Notes under the pieces: generated by a model
What the model was told of the DNA's origin: nothing
The model's database searches: none
The model's input: the letters and a program-made list of their open reading frames with translations, nothing else
Shown here: positions 9,863-17,758 of the stretch, one piece after another
Layout: every line of letters starts with the position of its first letter
How positions within the stretch are numbered: position 1 is the stretch's first letter
Position numbers and translations under genes: made by a program
Origin: an uncultured Acidobacteriota bacterium
Lineage (GTDB): Bacteria; Acidobacteriota; UBA6911
NCBI GenBank assembly: GCA_963827655.1
Contig: CAWHCF010000006.1
Span: 224,001-288,000, forward strand
DNA length: 64,000 nucleotides
Direction of reading: 5' to 3'

Positions 9863-10942
9863 TTATTGCCGGCTGACCAGAACCAGGCCGGTAACGATGA
9901 TGTTGAGCACCGATAACGGCAGCAGCATTTTCCAGCCCAGATGCATGAGCTGGTCGTAGCGGAAGCGCGGAAGAGTCCAGCGGATAAGAAGCAAGAACCA
10001 GCAGAAGAAAACCACCTTGGCCCCGAACGAGGCAACCTGCAAGAGGACGACAACCGGATGCGAGAGACTCCAATGGGAGTCCCAGGGGAAGTAAAAACCG
10101 TCAGTCTGCAAGTAGGGGACCTGCCAGCCCCCGAAAAAAAGAGTGGCCGTCAGGGCCGCAACCAGGACCGTCTCGATGAAATCGGTCATGAAGAACGCGC
10201 CAAACTTCATGCTGCTGTATTCCACGAAATAGCCGATGATCTCGGACTCCCCCTCGGGCAGATCAAACGGCACGCGTTTCGTCTCGGCGATTCCAGCCAC
10301 TAAAAACAACACGAATCCCAGAGGCTGAAGCACGATTCCCCATTTCGGAAGCCATCCCCACAGCAGTTCCCCTTGCTGCCGATTCAACTGCGCCAGGTCC
10401 AGAGTTCCAAAAATCATCAGCAGGCCGACCAGCGTGGCCCCCATCGTGATTTCGTAACTGATCATCTGACTGGACGCGCGCAAGCCGCCGAGGAAGGCAA
10501 ACTTGTTATTCGAGGAGAAGCCGGCCAGAAAGCTGCCGTAGACGCCCATCGACATCATCGCGAAAATGAAGAGCAACCCGACGTCCAGCGGAAGAATTTG
10601 CAGCTCGATCCTTCGCCCCGCCACCTGAATCGCGTCGCCGAACGGAATCGAGGCGAAACTCATAAGCGCAAAAAACAGCGCGATCAGGGGTGCGATCGTG
10701 TGCAGGAATTTGTCGCCTCCGGGAGGAACGAAGTCCTCTTTGAAAAACATTTTGAGAGCATCGGCGAAGATATGAAACAACCCGAAAGCCCGCAGGCCGA
10801 AAATCGGGGCGCGGTTGGCCCCGATGCGATCCTGCATTACCGCCGACTGTTTTCGCTCCATCCAGGTGAGGAGCGACGTGAGAATCAGGATCGCGTTGAT
10901 GAAGACAACCGCCTTGATGAAAATGATGACGATGTCAATCAT
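9863..10942 (-). CDS. nuoH: NADH-quinone oxidoreductase subunit H
   Basis: ERK..A..QDRIG.NR, ISYE, RVPFDLPEGESE, RWTLPRFRYDQLM. Confidence 0.97.
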   Translation of the reverse strand: MIDIVIIFIKAVVFINAILILTSLLTWMERKQSAVMQDRIGANRAPIFGLRAFGLFHIFADALKMFFKEDFVPPGGDKFLHTIAPLIALFFALMSFASIPFGDAIQVAGRRIELQILPLDVGLLFIFAMMSMGVYGSFLAGFSSNNKFAFLGGLRASSQMISYEITMGATLVGLLMIFGTLDLAQLNRQQGELLWGWLPKWGIVLQPLGFVLFLVAGIAETKRVPFDLPEGESEIIGYFVEYSSMKFGAFFMTDFIETVLVAALTATLFFGGWQVPYLQTDGFYFPWDSHWSLSHPVVVLLQVASFGAKVVFFCWFLLLIRWTLPRFRYDQLMHLGWKMLLPLSVLNIIVTGLVLVSRQ

Positions 10943-10944
10943 TC

Positions 10945-11084
10945 GATTTCGGATTTCGGATTTCGGATTTCGGATTAAGAGATTCGATTGATTGGGAAGC
11001 TACCGTACGCATGGTTAACAAATCCATTGTCAAACGAACACATCCCGTTCAATCCGCAATCCGCAATCCGCAATCCGCAATCGG
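10945..11084. repeat. Inverted pair of heptamer arrays (GATTTCG)x4.5 ... (CAATCCG)x5 at the nuoG-nuoH junction
   Basis: Arrays at 10945-10976 and 11050-11084; the right arm lies in the last codons of nuoG. Confidence 0.93.
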
Positions 11085-12686
11085 CTGGCCGGCGTCTCCG
11101 ACGGTGTCATAGGTCATCCCGGCGAACGGAGGCTCGCGCTCCCCTATTTCGCGGAATATCTCTTCAGGCAGCGTCGTTTTCAACGGCACATCAAGTTCGG
11201 CGGCGAGCCGGCCAAGGATCTCGAGATCGGGAAGCGACTCTCCCAGAGGCGGCACGGCCGGCAGGATGCGCTGCACACGCCCCTCAAGATTGGTAAACGT
11301 CCCCTCTTTTTCAGCATACACAGAAGCGGGCAGCAAAACCTGCGCCATGGACGCAGTCGGGTGTTCCCACGGTCCCTGGAATGCAACGAAATCCACGTTG
11401 CCGAGGGACCTCAAGACCTCCTGGGCGTCAAACCCCGTCGTCAGGTCATGGTAAAAAATATAGACAAAATGAACTCGACCTTCAGCGCACGCGCGCAGCA
11501 GGTCGTCGCTGCCGGCTCCGCTCAACCCCAGCGCCTCGGCGCCTCGGGAGTTCGGATTCTTGTCGGCTGTGATCAAGATATCGTCGGAGTAAACCTGACG
11601 ACGAAGGGGCACACGATACTCGAGCCGGCGAATGTTAAGCCCATTCTTGAAAATCTGGCGCAGTGAATAGAGCTCTTCGTTGGTCATCTGCGGAGAAGCC
11701 AGGACCGCGACGCCGTCGGGACCATGCTTTTGTAATGTCTCGCGCAATACGGCGGCCGTCTTCTTGATTGCGTCATCCCAGGTGACTTCCTGCCACCGAT
11801 CGCCCTGGCGCAGCATGGGCGTCCTCAAGCGGTCCACCGAATCGATCGCGCGATAGGCGTATCGCCCCTCGTCGCACATCCAGTAACCGTTGACATCCTT
11901 GTTGTACCGGGGCTTCAGGCGATGAACCCGTTTGTCATGGTAGCGCGCGTTGAAGCGCTCGTTATAGTGAATCTCAGTATTGCATCCGCGGCTGCATCCC
12001 GGGCAGACCGAGTTGGTTCTGCCAAGAAACCAGACCCTGCATTGGAATCGGAAATCACGGTCGGTGAGGGCTCCGACCGGGCAAATATCTACCACGTTGC
12101 CCGAGTACGGATTGTCGAGCTGAACGCCCGGAAATAAATCGATCTCGCTGAGATGGCCGCGATCGTGCACCGCGAGTTCGCCCGTCCTGGATATCTCTCG
12201 AGTGAAACGGACGCAGCGAGTGCAGAGGATGCAGCGTTCCTGGTCCAGGATAACCGTGGGTCCAATCGGGAACGCCTTCTTGCGCTTGGTCTTGTTCTCG
12301 TTAAAACGGGGATCGTAAGCCCCGTGCTCCATATAGTAGTTCTGCAGCTCACACTCACCCGATTGATCGCACACGGGGCAATCGAGGGGATGATTAAGGA
12401 GGAGAAACTCCAGGACAGATTGCCGATTGCGGAGCGCGTCGGGTGTCTGGGTCCGGATCACCAGACCCTCCGCAACCGGAGTAGCACACGAAGGCTGAAG
12501 CTTGGGAATCTTCTCAATCTCTACCAGGCACATCCGGCAGTTCCCCACCACCGACAGACCCGGGTGGTAGCAGTAGTAGGGGATCTTGATGCCGGCCTGC
12601 CGCGCGGCTTCGATCAGAGCCGTCCCTTTAGGTGCCTGCACGGTCTGGCCGTCGATGGTCAGCGTGACCAGTTCCTTTTCCGACAC
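11049..12686 (-). CDS. nuoG: NADH-quinone oxidoreductase subunit G (short, ~545 aa)
   Basis: CYHPGL..VGNCRMC, HPLDCPVCDQSGEC, CILCTRC, CPGCSRGC Fe-S motifs; GTG at 12686 preceded by AGGAG. Confidence 0.9.
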   Translation of the reverse strand: MSEKELVTLTIDGQTVQAPKGTALIEAARQAGIKIPYYCYHPGLSVVGNCRMCLVEIEKIPKLQPSCATPVAEGLVIRTQTPDALRNRQSVLEFLLLNHPLDCPVCDQSGECELQNYYMEHGAYDPRFNENKTKRKKAFPIGPTVILDQERCILCTRCVRFTREISRTGELAVHDRGHLSEIDLFPGVQLDNPYSGNVVDICPVGALTDRDFRFQCRVWFLGRTNSVCPGCSRGCNTEIHYNERFNARYHDKRVHRLKPRYNKDVNGYWMCDEGRYAYRAIDSVDRLRTPMLRQGDRWQEVTWDDAIKKTAAVLRETLQKHGPDGVAVLASPQMTNEELYSLRQIFKNGLNIRRLEYRVPLRRQVYSDDILITADKNPNSRGAEALGLSGAGSDDLLRACAEGRVHFVYIFYHDLTTGFDAQEVLRSLGNVDFVAFQGPWEHPTASMAQVLLPASVYAEKEGTFTNLEGRVQRILPAVPPLGESLPDLEILGRLAAELDVPLKTTLPEEIFREIGEREPPFAGMTYDTVGDAGQPIADCGLRIAD

Positions 12687-12736
12687 TATTGTGCTCCTAG
12701 GTACGGACGACCTTTTGCCGCCCTGAATCCTGAATC

Positions 12737-13249
12737 CTAGTTTTTGGGTCCGATCAGCGGCTGTCGCTTCTGAATCGGATAGTCCTTCCGTAGCGGGTGT
12801 CCTTTGAACTCTTCGTACAACAGGATGCGCTTGAGGTCGGGATGGCCGGCAAAACCAATCCCGAACATGTCCCAGACCTCCCGTTCGAGCCAGTCCGCGC
12901 AGCCCCACAGGGAAGTCACCGAATCGACCTCGGCAGCGGATTCTTCGAGCCGGATTTTGATTCGTAACCGCCGCTTGAAGGGAAGCGATACCAGGTGATA
13001 GACAACGTCAAACCGCGGTTTCCGACCCACATAGTCTACTGCCGTGAGATCGGCGAGCAGGTCAAACAGGAGCCGCGGATCATTCTTCAGAAACTCAAGG
13101 ATCTTTCTCAGCGCCCGCGGCCGAATGATGGCAGTAGCGTCCCCCTGAGGCAAAGCAATTTCGATAATGTCGTCAGGGAAGCTTTCGTTGAGCAACTGAA
13201 GCGCTTCGGCGTTTGTAGCCGACGGTCCACCGGAAGAATTGACTACCAT
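12737..13249 (-). CDS. nuoC: NADH-quinone oxidoreductase subunit C
   Basis: DLTAVDY, WLEREVWDMFGI.F.GHPDLKRIL, GHPLRKDYP. Confidence 0.96.
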   Translation of the reverse strand: MVVNSSGGPSATNAEALQLLNESFPDDIIEIALPQGDATAIIRPRALRKILEFLKNDPRLLFDLLADLTAVDYVGRKPRFDVVYHLVSLPFKRRLRIKIRLEESAAEVDSVTSLWGCADWLEREVWDMFGIGFAGHPDLKRILLYEEFKGHPLRKDYPIQKRQPLIGPKN

Positions 13250-13593
13250 TCAAGCGCGCCCACTTTCCATGCGTATACAAAGCCCACACCGACAATCAGA
13301 AGAAACACCAGCATTTCCACAAAACCGAACCACCCGAGATCGCGAAAGACGACCGCCCAGGGAAAGATAAACGCCAACTCGACGTCGAAGAGGATAAAGA
13401 GCAAGGCGACGAGATAAAACTTCACCTGCACCGGCGCATGCTTCATTCCTTCTGATGGGAGGCCCGATTCGAACGGCGCATCCTTTACCGGCGATCTCTT
13501 CTTAGGTCCCAGAATAGCCGACAAGAAGACGAACGAACCCGCGATCAAGCCCGCCAGAGCCGCCATCACGAGCAGGGGGATCATGTATTCCAT
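13243..13593 (-). CDS. nuoA: NADH-quinone oxidoreductase subunit A
   Basis: PFESG, FYLVALLFILFDVE, YAWKVGALEW. Confidence 0.97.
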   Translation of the reverse strand: MEYMIPLLVMAALAGLIAGSFVFLSAILGPKKRSPVKDAPFESGLPSEGMKHAPVQVKFYLVALLFILFDVELAFIFPWAVVFRDLGWFGFVEMLVFLLIVGVGFVYAWKVGALEW

Positions 13594-13706
13594 GGTTTCA
13601 TGAGCCTGTTTTCACAAAATGACGGATTAATTTACCACCCCCAAGACGCGAAGACACGAAGAAATGTACCCCGGCTCCTGGCGTTTTTCAGCGGTGAGAA
13701 TTGAAA

Positions 13707-15398
13707 TCACGCAAGTCGAACGACGCGCGTTTGAGAGAGCTTGTCCTGAAGGCAGTCGGAATCAGCATCAAAGAAACCCCAAATTAACCCCGCCCCCAGG
13801 CCGAGAAGCGACAGAAGGTAGACCGCGGATCGGATCAACAGTCGGACAAAAGTAGGACGACTCCCAGACTTTCCAACAACCCGGAGGTTCGTGAACATCA
13901 TTCCTATCGTCTGGTTTGCAGTCCCGAGGAAGAAGAGGGAGTATACGAGGAAGATTGCAACCACCAGCAAAGAGTAGTGGATCAAACTGCGAGAATCAGA
14001 AACAGTGATGCCCGAAACCACATCAGTCACCAGGATGAAGGCGCCCCCGCACAAGAATACAATAATCAGGTCCAACAGGCCGGAGAGAGTGCGTGACAGC
14101 AGGATGAGTTTCTCCGGACTCTCCTCATCTCTGACTTGCTCCGGCGCGATGATCTTTTCGGGCAACTCCGAGGCTTTTGTCTGAATGGCTTCGCGCGCCA
14201 TCACGCTATCGATGAGATTCTCGATCTCGCCAGGGTTAGATAGCGGAATCGACTCTCCCGCCTCTGGAGAAGCTACCCTGGCCTCGGACTCCGCCACCGG
14301 TTCCGGTTTCGAGTCGCGCGAGAGAGAAGCGGCTAGAGGCTCCGGATCTACCGGATAATGCAAGAGCGATTCTTCGGTGCCCGGCGAACCAGTTCCGGAC
14401 GCCTCGGCCTCCGCCACCGGTTCCGGTTTCGAGTCGCGCATGAGAGAGGAGGCGGCTAGAGGCTCCGGGTCTACCGGATAATGCGAGAGCGATTCTTCGG
14501 TGCCCGGCGAACCAGTTCCGGATGCCTCCGCCTCCGCCACCAGTTCTGGTTTCGAGTCGCCCATGGGAGAGGGGGCGGCTAGAGGCTCCGGGTCTACCGG
14601 ATAACGCGAGAGCGATTCTTCGGTGCCCGGTGAACCAATTCCGGATGCCTCCGCCTCCGCCACCAGTTCTGGCTTCGAGTCACCCATGGGAGAGGGGGCG
14701 GCTAGAGGAGCCGGATCTACCGGATAATGCGAGATCGGTTCTTTGGCGCCCGGTGAACCAATTCCGGATGCCTCGGCCTCCGCCACCGTTTCTGGTTTCG
14801 AGTCACCCAGCGAAGAGGGGACGGCTAGAGGAGCCGGATCTACCGGATAATGCGAGATGGATTCCTCGGTACCCGGCGAACCGACCCGGGACGCCTCGGC
14901 CTGCGCCACCGGTTCCGGCTCGGAGGACGGAGCATCGACCGGATAGGGAAGTTTGTTGGCTGATTCCGCTTGGGATGGTTGGCCGGCCTGCCCTGCCGCC
15001 TGTCGAGGCATCTTGCGCGCGATCCGCGGCCTTTGGACGGGAGGCGCCGATCGACCCTGGAGCTCGGGTTTGGGGAAGGGTAGCTTACCGAGGTTCGCCG
15101 TTTTCTCGAGCGCCTCTCTGTCTTGTTTGATCTTCTGGAGCCGCTGATTGAGTTCCAGCCTCCATTGAGGCAGCGCGTCGCCTTTCTGCGCGCGCTCGTT
15201 GATCCGCTCTGGACCGTGTTCCTCGAGGTTGTCAGCCGGGATGCGGGGTCGTTTGGAGCGAGCTAAGCCTTCAACCGGGGTCGCTGTCTGGATCTTGGTG
15301 TCACAAACCGGGCAGCTCCCCGATTCATCGAGCTCGCTCTTCCGGCACTTTGGACATTGCACGAGGCGACGAGTATAGCACAAGCGCTTGCGCCCCAT
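13707..15398 (-). CDS. RDD-family membrane protein with N-terminal Zn ribbon and internal 41-aa repeats
   Basis: CPKC...CPVC; C-terminal SRTLSGLLD, QTIGMM..LRVV, LQDKLSQTRVV (RDD); start uncertain. Confidence 0.8.
   Translation of the reverse strand: MGRKRLCYTRRLVQCPKCRKSELDESGSCPVCDTKIQTATPVEGLARSKRPRIPADNLEEHGPERINERAQKGDALPQWRLELNQRLQKIKQDREALEKTANLGKLPFPKPELQGRSAPPVQRPRIARKMPRQAAGQAGQPSQAESANKLPYPVDAPSSEPEPVAQAEASRVGSPGTEESISHYPVDPAPLAVPSSLGDSKPETVAEAEASGIGSPGAKEPISHYPVDPAPLAAPSPMGDSKPELVAEAEASGIGSPGTEESLSRYPVDPEPLAAPSPMGDSKPELVAEAEASGTGSPGTEESLSHYPVDPEPLAASSLMRDSKPEPVAEAEASGTGSPGTEESLLHYPVDPEPLAASLSRDSKPEPVAESEARVASPEAGESIPLSNPGEIENLIDSVMAREAIQTKASELPEKIIAPEQVRDEESPEKLILLSRTLSGLLDLIIVFLCGGAFILVTDVVSGITVSDSRSLIHYSLLVVAIFLVYSLFFLGTANQTIGMMFTNLRVVGKSGSRPTFVRLLIRSAVYLLSLLGLGAGLIWGFFDADSDCLQDKLSQTRVVRLA
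14248..14946 (-). repeat. Coding tandem repeat, 123-bp unit, about 5 full copies plus a partial copy
   Basis: CTACCGGATAA recurs at 14348, 14471, 14594, 14717 and 14840 (period 123); unit HYPVDPxPLAxxSxxxDSKPExVAEAEASGxGSPGxxExxS. Confidence 0.95.
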
Positions 15399-15528
15399 CT
15401 GCTATAATTAGCCGGTACTTTGACGCGTCGCGAGTGGGTGTCAGGCCTTGAAAACTCATTTCCGGCCAGGACGCCGAGCACAGCGCCGAGAAAGTGAATT
15501 TTCAAGGCACTGGACGTCAGATCGTCTC

Positions 15529-15831
15529 ATGACATTTCGAAATCGGACCCTCATGCTGCTGTGCCTCGGAATCCTCGCCTGCGGCGCGTACGCGATCACC
15601 CGCTTTTACTCGATTGTTCTTGTGGCCTACGTGGTCGAAGAGTCATTGATTCAGAAAGCTCCCGACGGGGCGGACACCGCCCGGATTCGAGCGCGATTTC
15701 AAGGGCTCGTCGATTCGCTTCCTGACCGTCGCTCGCGGCTTCAGAGGTTGATCGAGATGTCTCAGGTTCTGGAAAAGGTCCAAGGACTTGATCCGGCTGG
15801 AATGGAGCGGCTGCTTTCGATTGACGATTGA
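15529..15831 (+). CDS. Small hypothetical membrane/secreted protein
   Basis: Hydrophobic N-terminus and helical body; ends in heptamer repeats (IDD*). Confidence 0.55.
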   Translation: MTFRNRTLMLLCLGILACGAYAITRFYSIVLVAYVVEESLIQKAPDGADTARIRARFQGLVDSLPDRRSRLQRLIEMSQVLEKVQGLDPAGMERLLSIDD

Positions 15832-15912
15832 CGATTGCTAATCAATGTGGCAGAAGTAGACGGCCTCTCGATTGACGATTGATGAAATGGTCGATCGAAA
15901 CATTAGAATTCT

Positions 15913-15940
15913 GGAACTTTTTGGACTTGGGAAGAGTCAA
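15913..15940 (+). promoter_or_regulatory. ECF (sigmaE-type) promoter, GGAACTT-N16-GTCAA
   Basis: Matches the established ECF -35/-10 pattern, 46 nt upstream of the ECF gene; probable autoregulation. Confidence 0.8.
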
Positions 15941-15986
15941 TAAACACAGGTTTTTGTCTCATTCCTGAGCGTCCGAGTTTAAAGAG

Positions 15987-16616
15987 ATGTTTTCGAAAGA
16001 GATAGCGCTAGAGACCTACGAAAAGGAGAGATCGAGTGCGGAGCTTGATTCTCAATCAGACCAGATCTGTACCGACAGGAGCGCGGTTTTCGACGAGCTT
16101 TTTGAGCGTCACCAGTCGATGGTCTTTAACCTGGCCTACCGCATTCTGGGCGATCGTGAGGAGGCTCTCGACATCTCGCAAGAGGTTTTCCTCACCATTT
16201 ATCGGAAGATGCATCACTTTCGGGGAGACTCCTCGCTGAAGACCTGGATTTATCGCATCGCCATCAACAGGGCATCCAATCGGTGCAGGTGGTGGAACCG
16301 TCTGCGCCGGCGCGGAACCGTTTCGCTGGACCAACACCTCACCAGGGATACCGGACTCAATCTGTCCGAAACCCTGGAAACCGACGATCGTTCACCCGAA
16401 GAGAATCTCTTGTCGAAAGAGAGGTCCCTGGAGATTCAACGGTCATTGCTTCGATTGCCTGTCCCGCAGCGCGTGGCAGTCATCATGAGGGACATTGAAG
16501 GGATGTCCTACGAGGAGATTGCCGCATCGACGCAAGCATCCCTGGGAACTGTGAAATCACGAATTGCACGGGGCCGGGAGGAACTCAAGCGGCATCTCAA
16601 CGGGGCGCTCGGGTAG
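15987..16616 (+). CDS. ECF RNA polymerase sigma factor (RpoE-like)
   Basis: FDELFERHQ..VFNLAYR, QEVFL, FRGDSSLKTWIYRIA, SYEEIA...GTVKSRI.R. Confidence 0.95.
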   Translation: MFSKEIALETYEKERSSAELDSQSDQICTDRSAVFDELFERHQSMVFNLAYRILGDREEALDISQEVFLTIYRKMHHFRGDSSLKTWIYRIAINRASNRCRWWNRLRRRGTVSLDQHLTRDTGLNLSETLETDDRSPEENLLSKERSLEIQRSLLRLPVPQRVAVIMRDIEGMSYEEIAASTQASLGTVKSRIARGREELKRHLNGALG

Positions 16617-16645
16617 ACGCCCGAGGCTGGCAGGAGGTTTGTGAC

Positions 16646-17425
16646 ATGAAGTGTCAAGAAGCTCAAAAGCATCTGTCCCCCCTACTCGATAACATACTCG
16701 AGAACGCGGTTTCTAGCCGGGTCTCTACCCACCTGGATGAATGTTCCGCCTGCCGCCTGGAGCTGCGCCGGCTTCGTCTGGTAAGTGCTCGACTAGGATC
16801 GCTGGAGAAAGTTTCGTCGCCCGAGTTTCTCAAACACTTGATCCAGATGCAGCTGGAAAACACGACGCAAGAGCGATTGGCGGCCCGGCTGCGAAAGAAC
16901 TTGGAATACAAGTGGTCCAGGGTCCGAACGACGGAAGGGCTGTGGTATGTCACGCGGATGGCGGGCACTGCAATGACCGCGGTTTTCTTTTTTGTACTGT
17001 ACACCGCGATGAGTCCCGTCTACTTCAGCCTGCGCCCGCCGCTACCCGAACGCCCAGCGGTATCGCAGGATCGCCCTCAACAACTGGCGGCCAACGTTCT
17101 GAATCATCTGGGTCTGACACCCCCGAGCGGGTTTCGCCGGCGTGTGAGTTCCAGCGAGGCGATGATCAGCGACCTCTATTTCTTGAAATTTGGTCAAAGC
17201 GCGTCGCGCAGAGGCGCGGACGATACCGTGACGCTCTTTACCACGGTGGATCGACGAGGGTCGGCTAAGATCCAAAACGTGCTCGAATATCCCAGCGACA
17301 GCACGCTGCTCGATAACTTCAGCGAGATGATTGCCTCAGCAAGATGCAGGCCTGCGATACATAATGGAAAAGCAATCGACTCTCCTCTCGTCCTGACCTT
17401 TTCGAAAATCTCGGTGTACGACTGA
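16646..17425 (+). CDS. Zinc anti-sigma factor (zf-HC2) with TM and TonB-C-like C-terminal domain
   Basis: HLDECSACR (HxxxCxxC); one TM; VDRRG...RPAIHNGKAIDSPLVLTF resembles TonB_C. Confidence 0.8.
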   Translation: MKCQEAQKHLSPLLDNILENAVSSRVSTHLDECSACRLELRRLRLVSARLGSLEKVSSPEFLKHLIQMQLENTTQERLAARLRKNLEYKWSRVRTTEGLWYVTRMAGTAMTAVFFFVLYTAMSPVYFSLRPPLPERPAVSQDRPQQLAANVLNHLGLTPPSGFRRRVSSSEAMISDLYFLKFGQSASRRGADDTVTLFTTVDRRGSAKIQNVLEYPSDSTLLDNFSEMIASARCRPAIHNGKAIDSPLVLTFSKISVYD

Positions 17426-17758
17426 GATTACTCCCCGATTCCTGCCGGCTTCGGCCTCTTGGCGGGGCTGTGGCTTGAACGCGCTTACCCCCGCCTGAGC
17501 GTGCATGACTACTAAAGGCCCTTTTCGTTGATAGCCACGCAACAAGTTTTTTGGATTCCCTCCAATTGGTTGAATTTTTCCGGTCTGAAAGAATTTCTTA
17601 ACCTTGGGTTCTTTTTTTCGTAACCGGCATGGGTAGCGTTATTAAGCCGAGCCGCAGGACGCCCCCGAACCAGGAACGTAACTTGCTTCGTGGCTTATCT
17701 TTGATCCTTGAGCGACAGCGCTGATGACGTCGAAGGAACAACCGTCAGGGAGGAACTA

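Noticed and set aside
12687-12908. N-terminal extension of NuoG in the ORF track, and similar extensions for the enoyl-CoA hydratase, purC, subtilase and Omp85
   Set aside because: They overlap neighbouring genes or repeats; downstream starts fit the family N-termini better and most have an RBS
14248-14946. Regularly spaced repeats read as a CRISPR array
   Set aside because: The whole 123-bp unit repeats in frame inside a CDS; there are no unique spacers and no cas genes
17426-17758. Riboswitch upstream of the TonB receptor
   Set aside because: No cobalamin, TPP or other consensus was recognisable by eye; an Rfam scan would be needed
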